Virus record (IMG/VR): IMGVR_UViG_3300034012_001519
Coordinates: 1-59,220 of that record
Length of the DNA: 59,220 nucleotides
Direction: 5' to 3' (one strand)
Source of the DNA: a virus
Taxonomy: Duplodnaviria; Caudoviricetes
Shown here: positions 1 through 8,275 of the stretch, one piece after another
How positions within the stretch are numbered: position 1 is the stretch's first letter
Layout: each line of letters starts with the position of its first letter
Notes under the pieces: generated by a model
Database searches by the model: none
Told to the model about the DNA's origin: nothing
Seen by the model: the letters and a program-made list of their open reading frames with translations, nothing else
Translations under genes and position numbers: made by a program

Positions 1-123
1 AGCCTGCGGCTGGAAACATCGCAGACGATTGACGACCTTCGGTTTGAGGTGAGGCGAGCGAAGGACGAGCGCGACTTGTGGACGGTCAAGGCGAGCCAGT
101 TGCAGCACCTGTTGGACAATTGA
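1..123 (+). CDS. 3' part of a small hypothetical protein; with 59203-59220 it gives 46 aa MLYNAISLRLETSQ...QHLLDN
   Basis: Frame 1 is open to TGA at 121-123 and in frame with ATG at 59203, which is preceded by AGGAG. Confidence 0.65.
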   Translation, partial: SLRLETSQTIDDLRFEVRRAKDERDLWTVKASQLQHLLDN

Positions 124-208
124 GAACGATTGCGATCAGCGGCTCGCGACCTTACGCGAACCATACCGCCCGATTTTATCGCGAGTCCGCTGCATTGCGT
201 GGTTCTGT
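121..208. repeat. Integron attC-like imperfect palindrome
   Basis: AGAAC(123-127)...GTTCT(202-206) outer boxes; arms GCGAT-CAGCGG-CTCGCGA and TCGCGAG-t-CCGCTG-c-ATTGC with two extrahelical bases; central variable loop. Confidence 0.7.
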
Positions 209-226
209 GGCGTATGGAATGAACCG

Positions 227-484
227 ATGAAGTGGATCAGCGTTATCAAGACACTTCCAAAATGGGGCGAGCGAGTCCTCGTCGCTCACCGTCGCTACGA
301 TTGGTCAAACGCCCGTCACAAGTGGACACGGCTGAAGAGGCTGGGCGTTACGCCAGCAACGTTTTGGGTGGAGGACGAGAGCGGGCCGCGATTCACTGAC
401 GGGGACAACGTTGTAGCCGACCCGGTGGCGTGGATGCCGTTCCCGGCCCCGCCAACGGACAGCACACAAACTGGCAGAAAGTGA
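227..484 (+). CDS. DUF551-like phage protein
   Basis: N-terminal WISV..LP...VLV and C-terminal VAWMPFPAPP motifs. Confidence 0.7.
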   Translation: MKWISVIKTLPKWGERVLVAHRRYDWSNARHKWTRLKRLGVTPATFWVEDESGPRFTDGDNVVADPVAWMPFPAPPTDSTQTGRK

Positions 485-495
485 AACCAAATAGC

Positions 496-639
496 ATGAG
501 CAGACACCTGATCTTATTGACGATGTGCATCTACGCCTACGTGGCGTGCGAGCAGTTATGTAAGAAGAACGTACCAGGGTTTATTACCTGGGGGTCTTAT
601 GCACTGGCCAACATTGGCCTGTGGATGATGGCCAAATGA
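496..639 (+). CDS. Small membrane protein
   Basis: 47 aa with two hydrophobic segments; ATGA overlap with the next gene. Confidence 0.6.
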   Translation: MSRHLILLTMCIYAYVACEQLCKKNVPGFITWGSYALANIGLWMMAK

Positions 640-857
640 TGCTCCAGCTACACCCGCCGATCTGGGTTGCCACCCCCATGGGCGAAGGCTTTGCCCTGCT
701 GGTCATTGACTACGGGCCCGCCCTCAATTCGGTGTGGGTTGTCCATCACTTCGATGACGGTCAGGTGATACATGTGGACTCGGCCGAGGTCCGAGTCATG
801 GGAAACGAGATGTACGACATCAAGCACCCCAAGACCCCAGTGGACAGGTGTATCTAG
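636..857 (+). CDS. Conserved phage hypothetical protein (LQLxPPIxVxTPxGxG)
   Basis: Coupled ORF with a protein-like sequence. Confidence 0.65.
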   Translation: MMLQLHPPIWVATPMGEGFALLVIDYGPALNSVWVVHHFDDGQVIHVDSAEVRVMGNEMYDIKHPKTPVDRCI

Positions 858-962
858 CCAGGTCTGCTAGCATGCGTTTTGCGGCCGTATTTGCACAAAC
901 CCAGGAAACGTGTGGCGAGGATTTAGAAAGGGCGTTAGAACGCACGCCAGGTGCCTCAGACA

Positions 963-975
963 GGACATTAGGCAC
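963..975 (+). promoter_or_regulatory. Candidate phage-specific (late) promoter motif GGACATTAG
   Basis: Matches a motif repeated at 20219, 21530, 34448 and 43328 in intergenic positions. Confidence 0.4.
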
Positions 976-1270
976 TATGGTACATAGCCCACTGTTTGGG
1001 CATCCGGCCTGAAGCTCGGCCCCCCGCCGACTGGTCCCACAGGGACGCACCAAGAGGGGGCACAACTGGGAGTCTCCGACTCCCGTCTGCGGTAAAGGAC
1101 AGGGTCTGCCGACTCCGCCTTGCCCGAGGCCACCGGCCAACCGCAGCGCCGTGTCAGGGAGTTCGATTGGACACAGCGGCGTTAAACAACCAGCGTCCAT
1201 AGCGGTGTCTGCCCGGCTCCGGGGTTTCAGCATCGCCCGACTTCCCTGCCTTGCGCAGGGAGTCGGTGCG
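972..1270 (+). ncRNA. Candidate structured non-coding RNA (or structured origin)
   Basis: At least seven stems in about 300 nt of intergenic DNA, e.g. 987-1001, 1068-1084, 1087-1093/1140-1146, 1147-1181, 1237-1266. Confidence 0.5.
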
Positions 1271-1290
1271 CCCTCACCAAGGTTTCAACA

Positions 1291-1689
1291 GTGAACAAAC
1301 AAGACCGGCTGGTTCTCCAAGAGTTTGCCTCCCTCTTTCGCTCCTGTGCCGTGTGCTGGTGGCCCGAGTCTGACGGCAGGCGCAAGCTGGATATTCACCA
1401 TCTTGTCCAAGGTGCCGGCCGCAAGCATGACAGACGGTGCCTACTTCGTCTGTGTGAGAACTGTCACACCGTCTACCACAGCGGCTCAAAAGTCACTGGA
1501 CTTTACGATCTGAACAGGGGTATACTCCTGGCCTGCAAGCAAGAGTGTGATCCCGAGTATTACGATCCGGAGTTCCTGGCCTCCCTGAAGATGAAGAAGC
1601 ACCTGGGCTATGAGCCCGAGCCGCTTCCCCAGCCGTATGTCGAACAGCGAGATCGAAACGTAGGTTCATGGAATCGCAGGAACCCCTGA
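1291..1689 (+). CDS. HNH-family endonuclease
   Basis: CxxC...DIHH...LCxxCH..YH zinc-binding HNH pattern. Confidence 0.75.
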   Translation: MNKQDRLVLQEFASLFRSCAVCWWPESDGRRKLDIHHLVQGAGRKHDRRCLLRLCENCHTVYHSGSKVTGLYDLNRGILLACKQECDPEYYDPEFLASLKMKKHLGYEPEPLPQPYVEQRDRNVGSWNRRNP

Positions 1690-2048
1690 CGGCCCAGGTC
1701 ATCCGGGTCACACGCCGAGACACCGTTCAAATCCGGGTGATGAACCCCCAGTTGCAATCGATGGTCGCCACGTACATGACCGTCGAAGGAGTGTGGTGCG
1801 ATGAACACGCCGACAACGCCATCATCGACTGGGTGGAGCTGCACGCAGACCATGGACGGCTGCGGCTGCTCACGTTCGGCTGGGTTAGGGACGAGTACGG
1901 CCGGTTGCTGGGGGATCTCTGCGACCTCCAGACCGGGGAGTGTCTGTCGGACTATCTAGTGGAGCAGAAGGTGGCCTCGCAACGGCCGCACCACTACATG
2001 GAAACGATGATGAACCTCATGCATGGGAAGGAACCCGAGGAATGTTGA
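1668..2048 (+). CDS. Thermonuclease (SNase)-like protein
   Basis: VIRV..DTV N-terminus and RDEYGRLLG motif. Confidence 0.55.
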   Translation: MESQEPLTAQVIRVTRRDTVQIRVMNPQLQSMVATYMTVEGVWCDEHADNAIIDWVELHADHGRLRLLTFGWVRDEYGRLLGDLCDLQTGECLSDYLVEQKVASQRPHHYMETMMNLMHGKEPEEC

Positions 2049-2284
2049 GCGGCGGCGACACCAAGACGATGAATCACAAGTTCTCCTGCTACTGGCCGAC
2101 CGAGGGCGAGCGCCGTGACTTCGCCATGTACGGCCGTCTCGGAACCTGGGTGTCTCAGAACCAGAAGGTGCTGGACAAGAAGCCGGTCGCTGAGTGCGTG
2201 CGGCTGGTGGCCGAGCAGTTCCCCGAGCTGACCTGTGTCGATGGCCGTGACCACCAGGGACGGCTGGCGAGGTGGGCCAAGTGA
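2042..2284 (+). CDS. Hypothetical protein
   Basis: Coupled ORF between neighbours. Confidence 0.5.
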   Translation: MLSGGDTKTMNHKFSCYWPTEGERRDFAMYGRLGTWVSQNQKVLDKKPVAECVRLVAEQFPELTCVDGRDHQGRLARWAK

Positions 2285-2682
2285 ACTCTCGCCAGAAGGG
2301 TGCCCGCGGCGAGCGAGAGGCTGCCAAGGAATGGGCTCGCGTCCTCGGCGGCTCGGCCCGGCGCGGCCAGCAGTTCTCGGGCTCCAAGGAGTCGCCTGAC
2401 ATCGTCACCTCCCATGAGGGCATTCATGTTGAGGTGAAGCGAACCGAGCGTGGCAACCCCTATGACTGGCTGGACCAGGCCAGGCGTGATGCTGGGGACC
2501 GGCTGCCGGTGGTGCTGCACAAACGCAATAACCGCAAGTGGCTACTGATTCTGGAGCTTGACGATGCCCCAAGACTGGCGCAGGAAATTGGTGGCCAAGT
2601 GGAAGCGTTGGGCCCAGGAGCGGTGGCCGCTCCAGTTCCCGGTGCGGATCTACCTGCGCAACCCGAGGCAGATGAAGAGTGA
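2281..2682 (+). CDS. PD-(D/E)xK Holliday junction resolvase-like nuclease
   Basis: NSRQKGARGERE...SPDIV...HVEVKR. Confidence 0.8.
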   Translation: MNSRQKGARGEREAAKEWARVLGGSARRGQQFSGSKESPDIVTSHEGIHVEVKRTERGNPYDWLDQARRDAGDRLPVVLHKRNNRKWLLILELDDAPRLAQEIGGQVEALGPGAVAAPVPGADLPAQPEADEE

Positions 2683-2908
2683 GCTGGGCTACTTCACCAT
2701 GGATGACGATCTGGAGCGAGGGACGATAGCGGTTCGGAGTGACCTAGACCATTACGTGTTGCTGGACACCCTGTGCGAGGAGTGGTCGCACGCCCGGGTG
2801 GTCTGGCTCAACGACGAGGAGGACAACAGCGATGACCCCTACCACCATGCCACATTCTGGTCCGAGTACGGCAGGATCCAGCACTCCTCCCGGTCGGTTG
2901 AATGGTGA
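2564..2908 (+). CDS. Zincin-like protein with a degenerate HExxH (EEWSH)
   Basis: LLDTLCEEWSHA followed by a downstream HH..FW motif. Confidence 0.5.
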   Translation: MPQDWRRKLVAKWKRWAQERWPLQFPVRIYLRNPRQMKSELGYFTMDDDLERGTIAVRSDLDHYVLLDTLCEEWSHARVVWLNDEEDNSDDPYHHATFWSEYGRIQHSSRSVEW

Positions 2909-3212
2909 CCCCTACCTGGAGATTTGCAACGCCCTCCATGCCCTGCTTACCAGGAAGCGGGGGTACTACGGATGCCAGTCAAACCCGCTGGAAAACGCAC
3001 TCGGGGTGCAAGCGGACGGGATTGAGCCCTGGAAATACCAGGCCGCCAGGATCGGGGAAAAGTGCCGCCGCCTCCGCGGTCCTTTGCGGACAATAGATAT
3101 AAGGAAGACACTTGCTGACATTGCCGGCCACGCCGTGGTGGCCATTGCCTGTTTGGATTATGAGGAACAACATGAATCTGAAGATCGTTCAGTGGCTGCT
3201 GAAGCACCGTGA
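2898..3212 (+). CDS. DUF1599/nucleotide-modification-associated domain-like protein
   Basis: RKxxxYG...P.EN...RIGEKxRRL...TLADIAGHA pattern. Confidence 0.55.
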   Translation: MNGDPYLEICNALHALLTRKRGYYGCQSNPLENALGVQADGIEPWKYQAARIGEKCRRLRGPLRTIDIRKTLADIAGHAVVAIACLDYEEQHESEDRSVAAEAP

Positions 3213-3522
3213 AGCTCTCCTCAAGGTGGTGGAGATCGCCAAGAAGTTCGACCGCACCTCCCCGTACCTGACTCAGTGGGCGGTGGTCAACGAGATTGCC
3301 CAGGTGGTCCTCCCCATCCTGGAAGCCGAGGCTGTGCAGCCGAAGTTCTTTGGCTGGGACGGCGAGGACGATCTGGTGGTGGATACCCCTGCCTCCTATG
3401 ACGCCCGCGTGTTCAGCGCCGGCGCCGAGGTGGCTGCTCTGGGGATCGACTGGAAGACCATCGTTGAGGTGCTGGTGCCGATCCTCATTGCCATTCTCCA
3501 GGCGGTCGGCAAGAGAGAATGA
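3172..3522 (+). CDS. Hypothetical protein with a C-terminal hydrophobic helix
   Basis: GAGG SD; C-terminus IVEVLVPILIAILQA. Confidence 0.65.
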   Translation: MNLKIVQWLLKHREALLKVVEIAKKFDRTSPYLTQWAVVNEIAQVVLPILEAEAVQPKFFGWDGEDDLVVDTPASYDARVFSAGAEVAALGIDWKTIVEVLVPILIAILQAVGKRE

Positions 3523-4460
3523 GCTTCGTCCATCTGCCCCCATACCGCGTTGACTTCCTCCATGTGCCGCACTCGGCCCAGGAGGGAGTTGACTGGGGTG
3601 TGAGTTCCTATGGGATACCCTCCCTGTGGATGACCTCCAAGGGGGAAGGCGTGACGGTGGCGGTGATCGACACCGGGGTGTCGCCGCACTCGGCGCTGAA
3701 GGACGTTGTGGTTGACTACCGCAACTTCTCCTCGGACTCCGATGTCTACGACACCCTCGGGCATGGTACGCATGTCGCAGGCGTGATCGGTGCTAAGACC
3801 GGCCTGGCCAAGGGCATCGCACCCGAGGTCAAGATCCTGTCCCTCAAAGTCCTCGGCCACTCGGGCATGGGCAGCAACGAGGCGGTGGCCACGGCCGTGC
3901 TGCATGCGACCGAGGCCAAGGCCGACATCGTCTGCATGTCGCTCGGGTCCAGCAAGCCCGACAGCCGCGTGCATGAGGCGGTGAAGAAGGCTCAGGCCGC
4001 GGGCGTGATTGTGGTGTGCGCGGCTGGCAATGACGGTGGGGCAGTGAACTTCCCTGCTGCCTTCCAGGAAACCATTGCGGTGGGTGCCGTGGACAGGAAC
4101 GGCAACGCCTGCGAGTTCTCTTCCAGGGGCAAGGAGATTGCCGTCGCTGCCCCAGGGCAGGACATCACCAGCACCTGGCTTGGTGAGGGATACGCCACGG
4201 TCAGCGGCACCAGCATGGCCGCGCCGTTTGTGGCTGGCGTGCTGGCTCTGTACGTGTCGGCGCAGAAGAAGGACGGCCGGAAGGTTGACCATGCGGCCGT
4301 GACCAAGGCGCTCTCGGAGACTTGCCGCGACTCAGGTGAGCCCGGGCGTGACCATGTGTACGGCTGGGGCCTGGTCGATCCGCACAAGCTGCTGAACTAC
4401 GAGGTCCGTTCCTCGCCGGCCGGCGTCACCCTGTTCATTCCCGGAGCCCGAATCCTGTGA
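3519..4460 (+). CDS. Subtilisin-like S8 serine protease
   Basis: Catalytic motifs VAVIDTG, HGTHVAG, AAGN, GTSMAAP. Confidence 0.95.
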   Translation: MSFVHLPPYRVDFLHVPHSAQEGVDWGVSSYGIPSLWMTSKGEGVTVAVIDTGVSPHSALKDVVVDYRNFSSDSDVYDTLGHGTHVAGVIGAKTGLAKGIAPEVKILSLKVLGHSGMGSNEAVATAVLHATEAKADIVCMSLGSSKPDSRVHEAVKKAQAAGVIVVCAAGNDGGAVNFPAAFQETIAVGAVDRNGNACEFSSRGKEIAVAAPGQDITSTWLGEGYATVSGTSMAAPFVAGVLALYVSAQKKDGRKVDHAAVTKALSETCRDSGEPGRDHVYGWGLVDPHKLLNYEVRSSPAGVTLFIPGARIL

Positions 4461-4672
4461 CCAAGTTTCAGATCCTCGCCGTCGCCACCCTCGGGGCTGC
4501 ACTGGTGTGGCAGTTCGTCATCCCCAAGCTCCCTGCCCTGTCTCTGCCAATCCTGCGGAGGAAGGACGCCACGCTCCAGCACCTGGAGGCTGTGATCCGC
4601 ATCCGGGAATCCTCGTCCGCGTCTGAAGTGAAGACCGCCTGCAACGCCCTTCTCCAGGCCCTGCTCAAATGA
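4457..4672 (+). CDS. Small membrane protein
   Basis: N-terminal transmembrane helix; overlaps both neighbours. Confidence 0.65.
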   Translation: MTKFQILAVATLGAALVWQFVIPKLPALSLPILRRKDATLQHLEAVIRIRESSSASEVKTACNALLQALLK

Positions 4673-5067
4673 AGTACCTCCCTCTCGCATTGGCGGCCGT
4701 GTTGGTGGTCGCCAGTTTCGTTGGTTCCCCACGGCCAGCCGCAACTGGTCCCGTAGCTACAGCCCTATCGTCGGCTCCCTCCACCGACCGGGCCAAGGTG
4801 AACGCCATCTACCGAGCGCTCGGTGATGTGATGGCCAGGGACTCGGGCCGGCTGATCACTACCACAGCAGCCTGGCGAGCGATCTATCAAGACGCTCTGC
4901 GGCTGGCCGTGGGTGGGACTGACTTTGTCGGCAAGTACCCCGACCTGGCGAAGGCCGTGGAGGAAACGCTGGCCAAGCACTACCCGCTGGAGAACGTGGC
5001 CATAGACGATGCGCTGGCACAGAAGATTGTGGCTGGCATGCGGGCCGTGGAGGCGCAGTGTGAGTGA
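4669..5067 (+). CDS. Exported protein with a signal peptide
   Basis: MKYLPLALAAVLVVAS N-terminus. Confidence 0.7.
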   Translation: MKYLPLALAAVLVVASFVGSPRPAATGPVATALSSAPSTDRAKVNAIYRALGDVMARDSGRLITTTAAWRAIYQDALRLAVGGTDFVGKYPDLAKAVEETLAKHYPLENVAIDDALAQKIVAGMRAVEAQCE

Positions 5068-6010
5068 CTTTGAGACTCCCCATGCTCTGCTGAAGGCATA
5101 CGAAGACGGGCTCCCGGGCTGGCAGTACAACGTGCGGGCCAACGTGGAGTTCTTGGAATCGCAGAAGTACCAATACTTCAGCGAGCCGAACATCAAAGGC
5201 TCGGGCATCGGCAAGCGTGCCCTGCTCTGGCAGTACGCCAAGAAGCTGGACAAGAAGTGCTTCACCGAAAAACAAACCACTGGCGACTGTGTGGCCCACG
5301 GAAGCCGGGGAGCGCGGGACACAACCCGTGCGGTGGAGATCCTGGTGAAGAAGGAGCCAGAGGATTGGTTCCGCATGGGCGCCACCGAGCCGACCTATGG
5401 GGCTCGCGGTCACGGTGGCCAGGGCATGAGTCCTGGTACGGCGTCCAGGTTTGAGCGCGACTCGGGCTTCCTGGCACGCACCAAGTACGACGGCATCGTT
5501 GACCTGACCGTCTACAACTCCTCCATCGGCGCCCGCTGGGGATCGTCCGGTGTGCCCGAGAACGTGAAGGAGTTGTGTCGCAAGAACAAGGTCGGCGTCA
5601 TCACCCAGGTGAAGACGCAAGACGAACTGCTGGACGCCTTGGTCAATGGGTACGCCGCACACTCCGGACAGAACGCCTCATGGTCGGTGGACTCCAACGC
5701 CAAGGGCATCCACTACCGCACGCCGCAAGGGTGGAACCATGACATGGCGATCCTCGGAGCGGATGACTCCAAGGAGTTCTTCCCCTTCCGCGTCTGGATG
5801 ATCCAGAACTCTTGGGGCGAGTGGAACCAGAAGCCCAAGGGCTGGCCCAAGGAATACGGTGAGTGGATCCCCGGCATGATCCTCACCTCGGCGGATGACT
5901 TCGATGTCTGCGTATCGTCCGGCGACTGTTGGGTGTACGGATCCATCGACGGCTATCCCCCGCAGCGACTGCCGGACTACGGAACCGTGGGGCTGTTGCG
6001 TCATGGCTAG
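5060..6010 (+). CDS. Papain-like (C1) cysteine peptidase
   Basis: Q..GDCVAHG, WNHDMAILG, QNSWG motifs. Confidence 0.85.
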   Translation: MSDFETPHALLKAYEDGLPGWQYNVRANVEFLESQKYQYFSEPNIKGSGIGKRALLWQYAKKLDKKCFTEKQTTGDCVAHGSRGARDTTRAVEILVKKEPEDWFRMGATEPTYGARGHGGQGMSPGTASRFERDSGFLARTKYDGIVDLTVYNSSIGARWGSSGVPENVKELCRKNKVGVITQVKTQDELLDALVNGYAAHSGQNASWSVDSNAKGIHYRTPQGWNHDMAILGADDSKEFFPFRVWMIQNSWGEWNQKPKGWPKEYGEWIPGMILTSADDFDVCVSSGDCWVYGSIDGYPPQRLPDYGTVGLLRHG

Positions 6011-6281
6011 CATTGTGCTGTGGATCCTGTCGCTGTTTGCACCGCCCGACATGACGGCTCGGGTGGCGGCCGAAGCAGCCTATGTGCTGCACACACAAGA
6101 GTTCCCGGGCCCGAGCAAGCAATGCTGCGGCGCCTGCAAGAACGGCCGGATCGTCCACGGCGACGGCCACTCCACCGCCTGCCCGTGCCCGCCTGATTGC
6201 AAGTGCAAGACCAGGGGCGCGGTGATTCACCCGCCGTCAGTCCTCAAGTGCGTGGATGGGAAATGCTTGCCACCGAGGTAG
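6003..6281 (+). CDS. Small exported Cys-rich protein
   Basis: Hydrophobic N-terminus; CCGAC..G....GDG...CPCPPDCKC. Confidence 0.6.
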   Translation: MASIVLWILSLFAPPDMTARVAAEAAYVLHTQEFPGPSKQCCGACKNGRIVHGDGHSTACPCPPDCKCKTRGAVIHPPSVLKCVDGKCLPPR

Positions 6282-6643
6282 CCGACCAGTGCCTGTACGA
6301 ATCCGGTGCCCGGGGAATCAGTAAGCATGCCAGAGAGGTGGCACTTGTGGGCCTGCTGGTGGTGCCGGATGGGGCGGTTTCTATGCGGGAGTATCGCCGC
6401 CGCATTAAGGAAACCTACCTCAAGGCCAACCCGGAATGCGGCAGCTTCTTCATCATCTTCGTCCTGCCTGTCCTCATCTCGCTCGTCAGCAACTGGATCG
6501 CCAAATGGATTTTGGATCGGAAGGACATGAAGGCCATTCGGAGTCAGGCGTTCGACGCACTCATCGACTCATCGCCACACTGGATGGACACACGCACATC
6601 TATCAGTTTCCCCCCGAAGAATCAGACCGAGCCGTCCGGATGA
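6263..6643 (+). CDS. Membrane protein
   Basis: Transmembrane segment FFIIFVLPVLISLVSNWI. Confidence 0.6.
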   Translation: MLATEVADQCLYESGARGISKHAREVALVGLLVVPDGAVSMREYRRRIKETYLKANPECGSFFIIFVLPVLISLVSNWIAKWILDRKDMKAIRSQAFDALIDSSPHWMDTRTSISFPPKNQTEPSG

Positions 6644-6729
6644 TCAAACTGCATGTCGAAGAGGGGCAGTTGCATCCCTACGCTGGGCTCATGTTGGTGT
6701 CCATGATTCGGAGGAGCAGCGATGTCTGA
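6505..6729 (+). CDS. Hypothetical protein (start uncertain)
   Basis: Fills the gap to the next gene; protein-like C-terminal half. Confidence 0.4.
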   Translation: MDFGSEGHEGHSESGVRRTHRLIATLDGHTHIYQFPPEESDRAVRMIKLHVEEGQLHPYAGLMLVSMIRRSSDV

Positions 6730-6946
6730 GGTTGAGATGTGGCTGGTGGTGATGAGCGCCGTAGCCGCGGTGATACCGTGGGCGTTCTCTATCCACGCCA
6801 AGGTGGCGGTGATTGCCAATGCGGTGGAGAGCCTGCCCGAGATGGTGCAGGAACTCCGCGAAGCACTGGCGGAACATGAGGACCGACTGGACGAGCATGA
6901 AAAAGAGATCGCGGCTCTCAAAGCATCGACAGACACTCGTCATTGA
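6722..6946 (+). CDS. Holin-like/TM plus coiled-coil protein
   Basis: N-terminal TM helix then a heptad coiled coil; GGAGGAG SD. Confidence 0.6.
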   Translation: MSEVEMWLVVMSAVAAVIPWAFSIHAKVAVIANAVESLPEMVQELREALAEHEDRLDEHEKEIAALKASTDTRH

Positions 6947-7511
6947 GTACATCCCGCTAGCGCAGATGCTGGCGAAGTTCTTTCTGAAAGCCCGGCCAGG
7001 CTGGCAGAAGTCTGTGTTGTTGCCTGACCTAGAGGCCGAGGGATTTCTGGCCCTGACCAAGGCAGCCCGCACGTACGACAAGGCCAAGCTGCCGTACCCG
7101 AAAGCCTACTTCGCACGGGCGTGCATGAACGCCATGTACAAGTGGATCCGCAAGCAGAACCGCCAGCCCGCCGACTGGAAGATCAGCCTGGAGGAAGCCA
7201 GCGATTTGCTCCCGGTCATGGAGTCGCCGGACTATTTGCAGATGGCCATCGATGACCTCGGCCCCGACGCCGACCTGGCCACGGATCGTTTCCAGAATGG
7301 CCACACGCTGCGGACTATAGCGGCCGACCACCAGATTTCATTGCGGCTAGCCTCTGTTCGTAGCCGGGCCCTCGCAGCTCGTCTCGCGGAAGCCTTGGAA
7401 ATCCGGCTTTCGCCGCGCGGGCCATCAGGTGAACATCCTTTACGTGGTAGTAATCGGAACAGCCCTTCTTCCTCCGCGGCTTCCGCACGCCATCGTCCAT
7501 CAGGGCGATAG
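6897..7511 (+). CDS. Sigma-70 family RNA polymerase sigma factor (FliA/WhiG-like region 2 plus region 4 HTH)
   Basis: YIPLA...DLEAEGFLALTKAARTYD...YFARACMNAMYKWIRK; TLRTIAADHQIS HTH. Confidence 0.8.
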   Translation: MKKRSRLSKHRQTLVIEYIPLAQMLAKFFLKARPGWQKSVLLPDLEAEGFLALTKAARTYDKAKLPYPKAYFARACMNAMYKWIRKQNRQPADWKISLEEASDLLPVMESPDYLQMAIDDLGPDADLATDRFQNGHTLRTIAADHQISLRLASVRSRALAARLAEALEIRLSPRGPSGEHPLRGSNRNSPSSSAASARHRPSGR

Positions 7512-8085
7512 CAATCTGGTATAGGCTCTTGCCTTCCTCTCGCATGGCCAGGGCACGGTGGCAGACAGCCTGCTCCTGCTCGTCAGGCTCCCACTCCAGG
7601 CCAGCCTTGGTCTTCCGCACTGACCAGCCATAGGGGCGAAGCGGACCATAGGGTAGGCCGCTGTTGCGCTTGTAGGCGTAGACCTCCCGCTTCCGCTGGC
7701 CGTGCATGTCCGACTCCAGCTCGCCGGCTGCCACCACTACGGACAGGAAGAACTTCCCGTGCGGGCCCGAGAGATTGGACGGCAGGTCCAAGATGACCAG
7801 GGTGACGCCGAGCTTCTCCCACTGCTCACGGGTGACGGCGAAGTCATACATCCGGCGGAAGGCACGGTCGATCTTGGTGATGACCACCGTGTCGCCTGCC
7901 TGCAAGGCGTCATACATCTGCTTGCCGAACGGCCGGGCATGCAGCCGCACGTTGTAGGCGGAGACATCCTCGTCCACCCACAGCCGATGCTCCTTGTCCG
8001 TAACCCAGTCCAGGAGCCGCTTGGTCTGCGCCTCCCGGCCGTTCTCCTGCTTGTCCGTAGATACCCGAGCGTATAGATGAATCAT
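7315..8085 (-). CDS. Serine recombinase (resolvase domain plus short C-terminal DNA-binding region)
   Basis: YARVSTDKQ catalytic motif; DEDVSA; GDTVVITKIDRAFR; RPYGW. Confidence 0.92.
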   Translation of the reverse strand: MIHLYARVSTDKQENGREAQTKRLLDWVTDKEHRLWVDEDVSAYNVRLHARPFGKQMYDALQAGDTVVITKIDRAFRRMYDFAVTREQWEKLGVTLVILDLPSNLSGPHGKFFLSVVVAAGELESDMHGQRKREVYAYKRNSGLPYGPLRPYGWSVRKTKAGLEWEPDEQEQAVCHRALAMREEGKSLYQIAIALMDDGVRKPRRKKGCSDYYHVKDVHLMARAAKAGFPRLPRDELRGPGYEQRLAAMKSGGRPL

Positions 8086-8275
8086 TGCGAGCTAGACCAC
8101 CAGCCGAGGAGGAAGATGATGACACAACCGACCATGAAATCAGCGACCGGACTCACTTGCGAACCTCCAGTAGTATATGCCAACAGATATCCTGCAACCT
8201 CCCCGCCAGCAGGACGAGGATGGCAGTTGCCAGGATGTGAAGCAGCCTTAGTACATCCCTGTACATGAGAGACTC

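Noticed and set aside
996-1202. 68-aa ORF in the structured intergenic region
   Set aside because: TTG start without SD and Arg/Pro-rich, non-protein-like composition; better explained as structured non-coding sequence.
1291-1689. IscB/OMEGA nuclease with omega-RNA
   Set aside because: At 132 aa it has no PLMP motif or split RuvC; it is kept only as a looser RNA-plus-HNH hypothesis.
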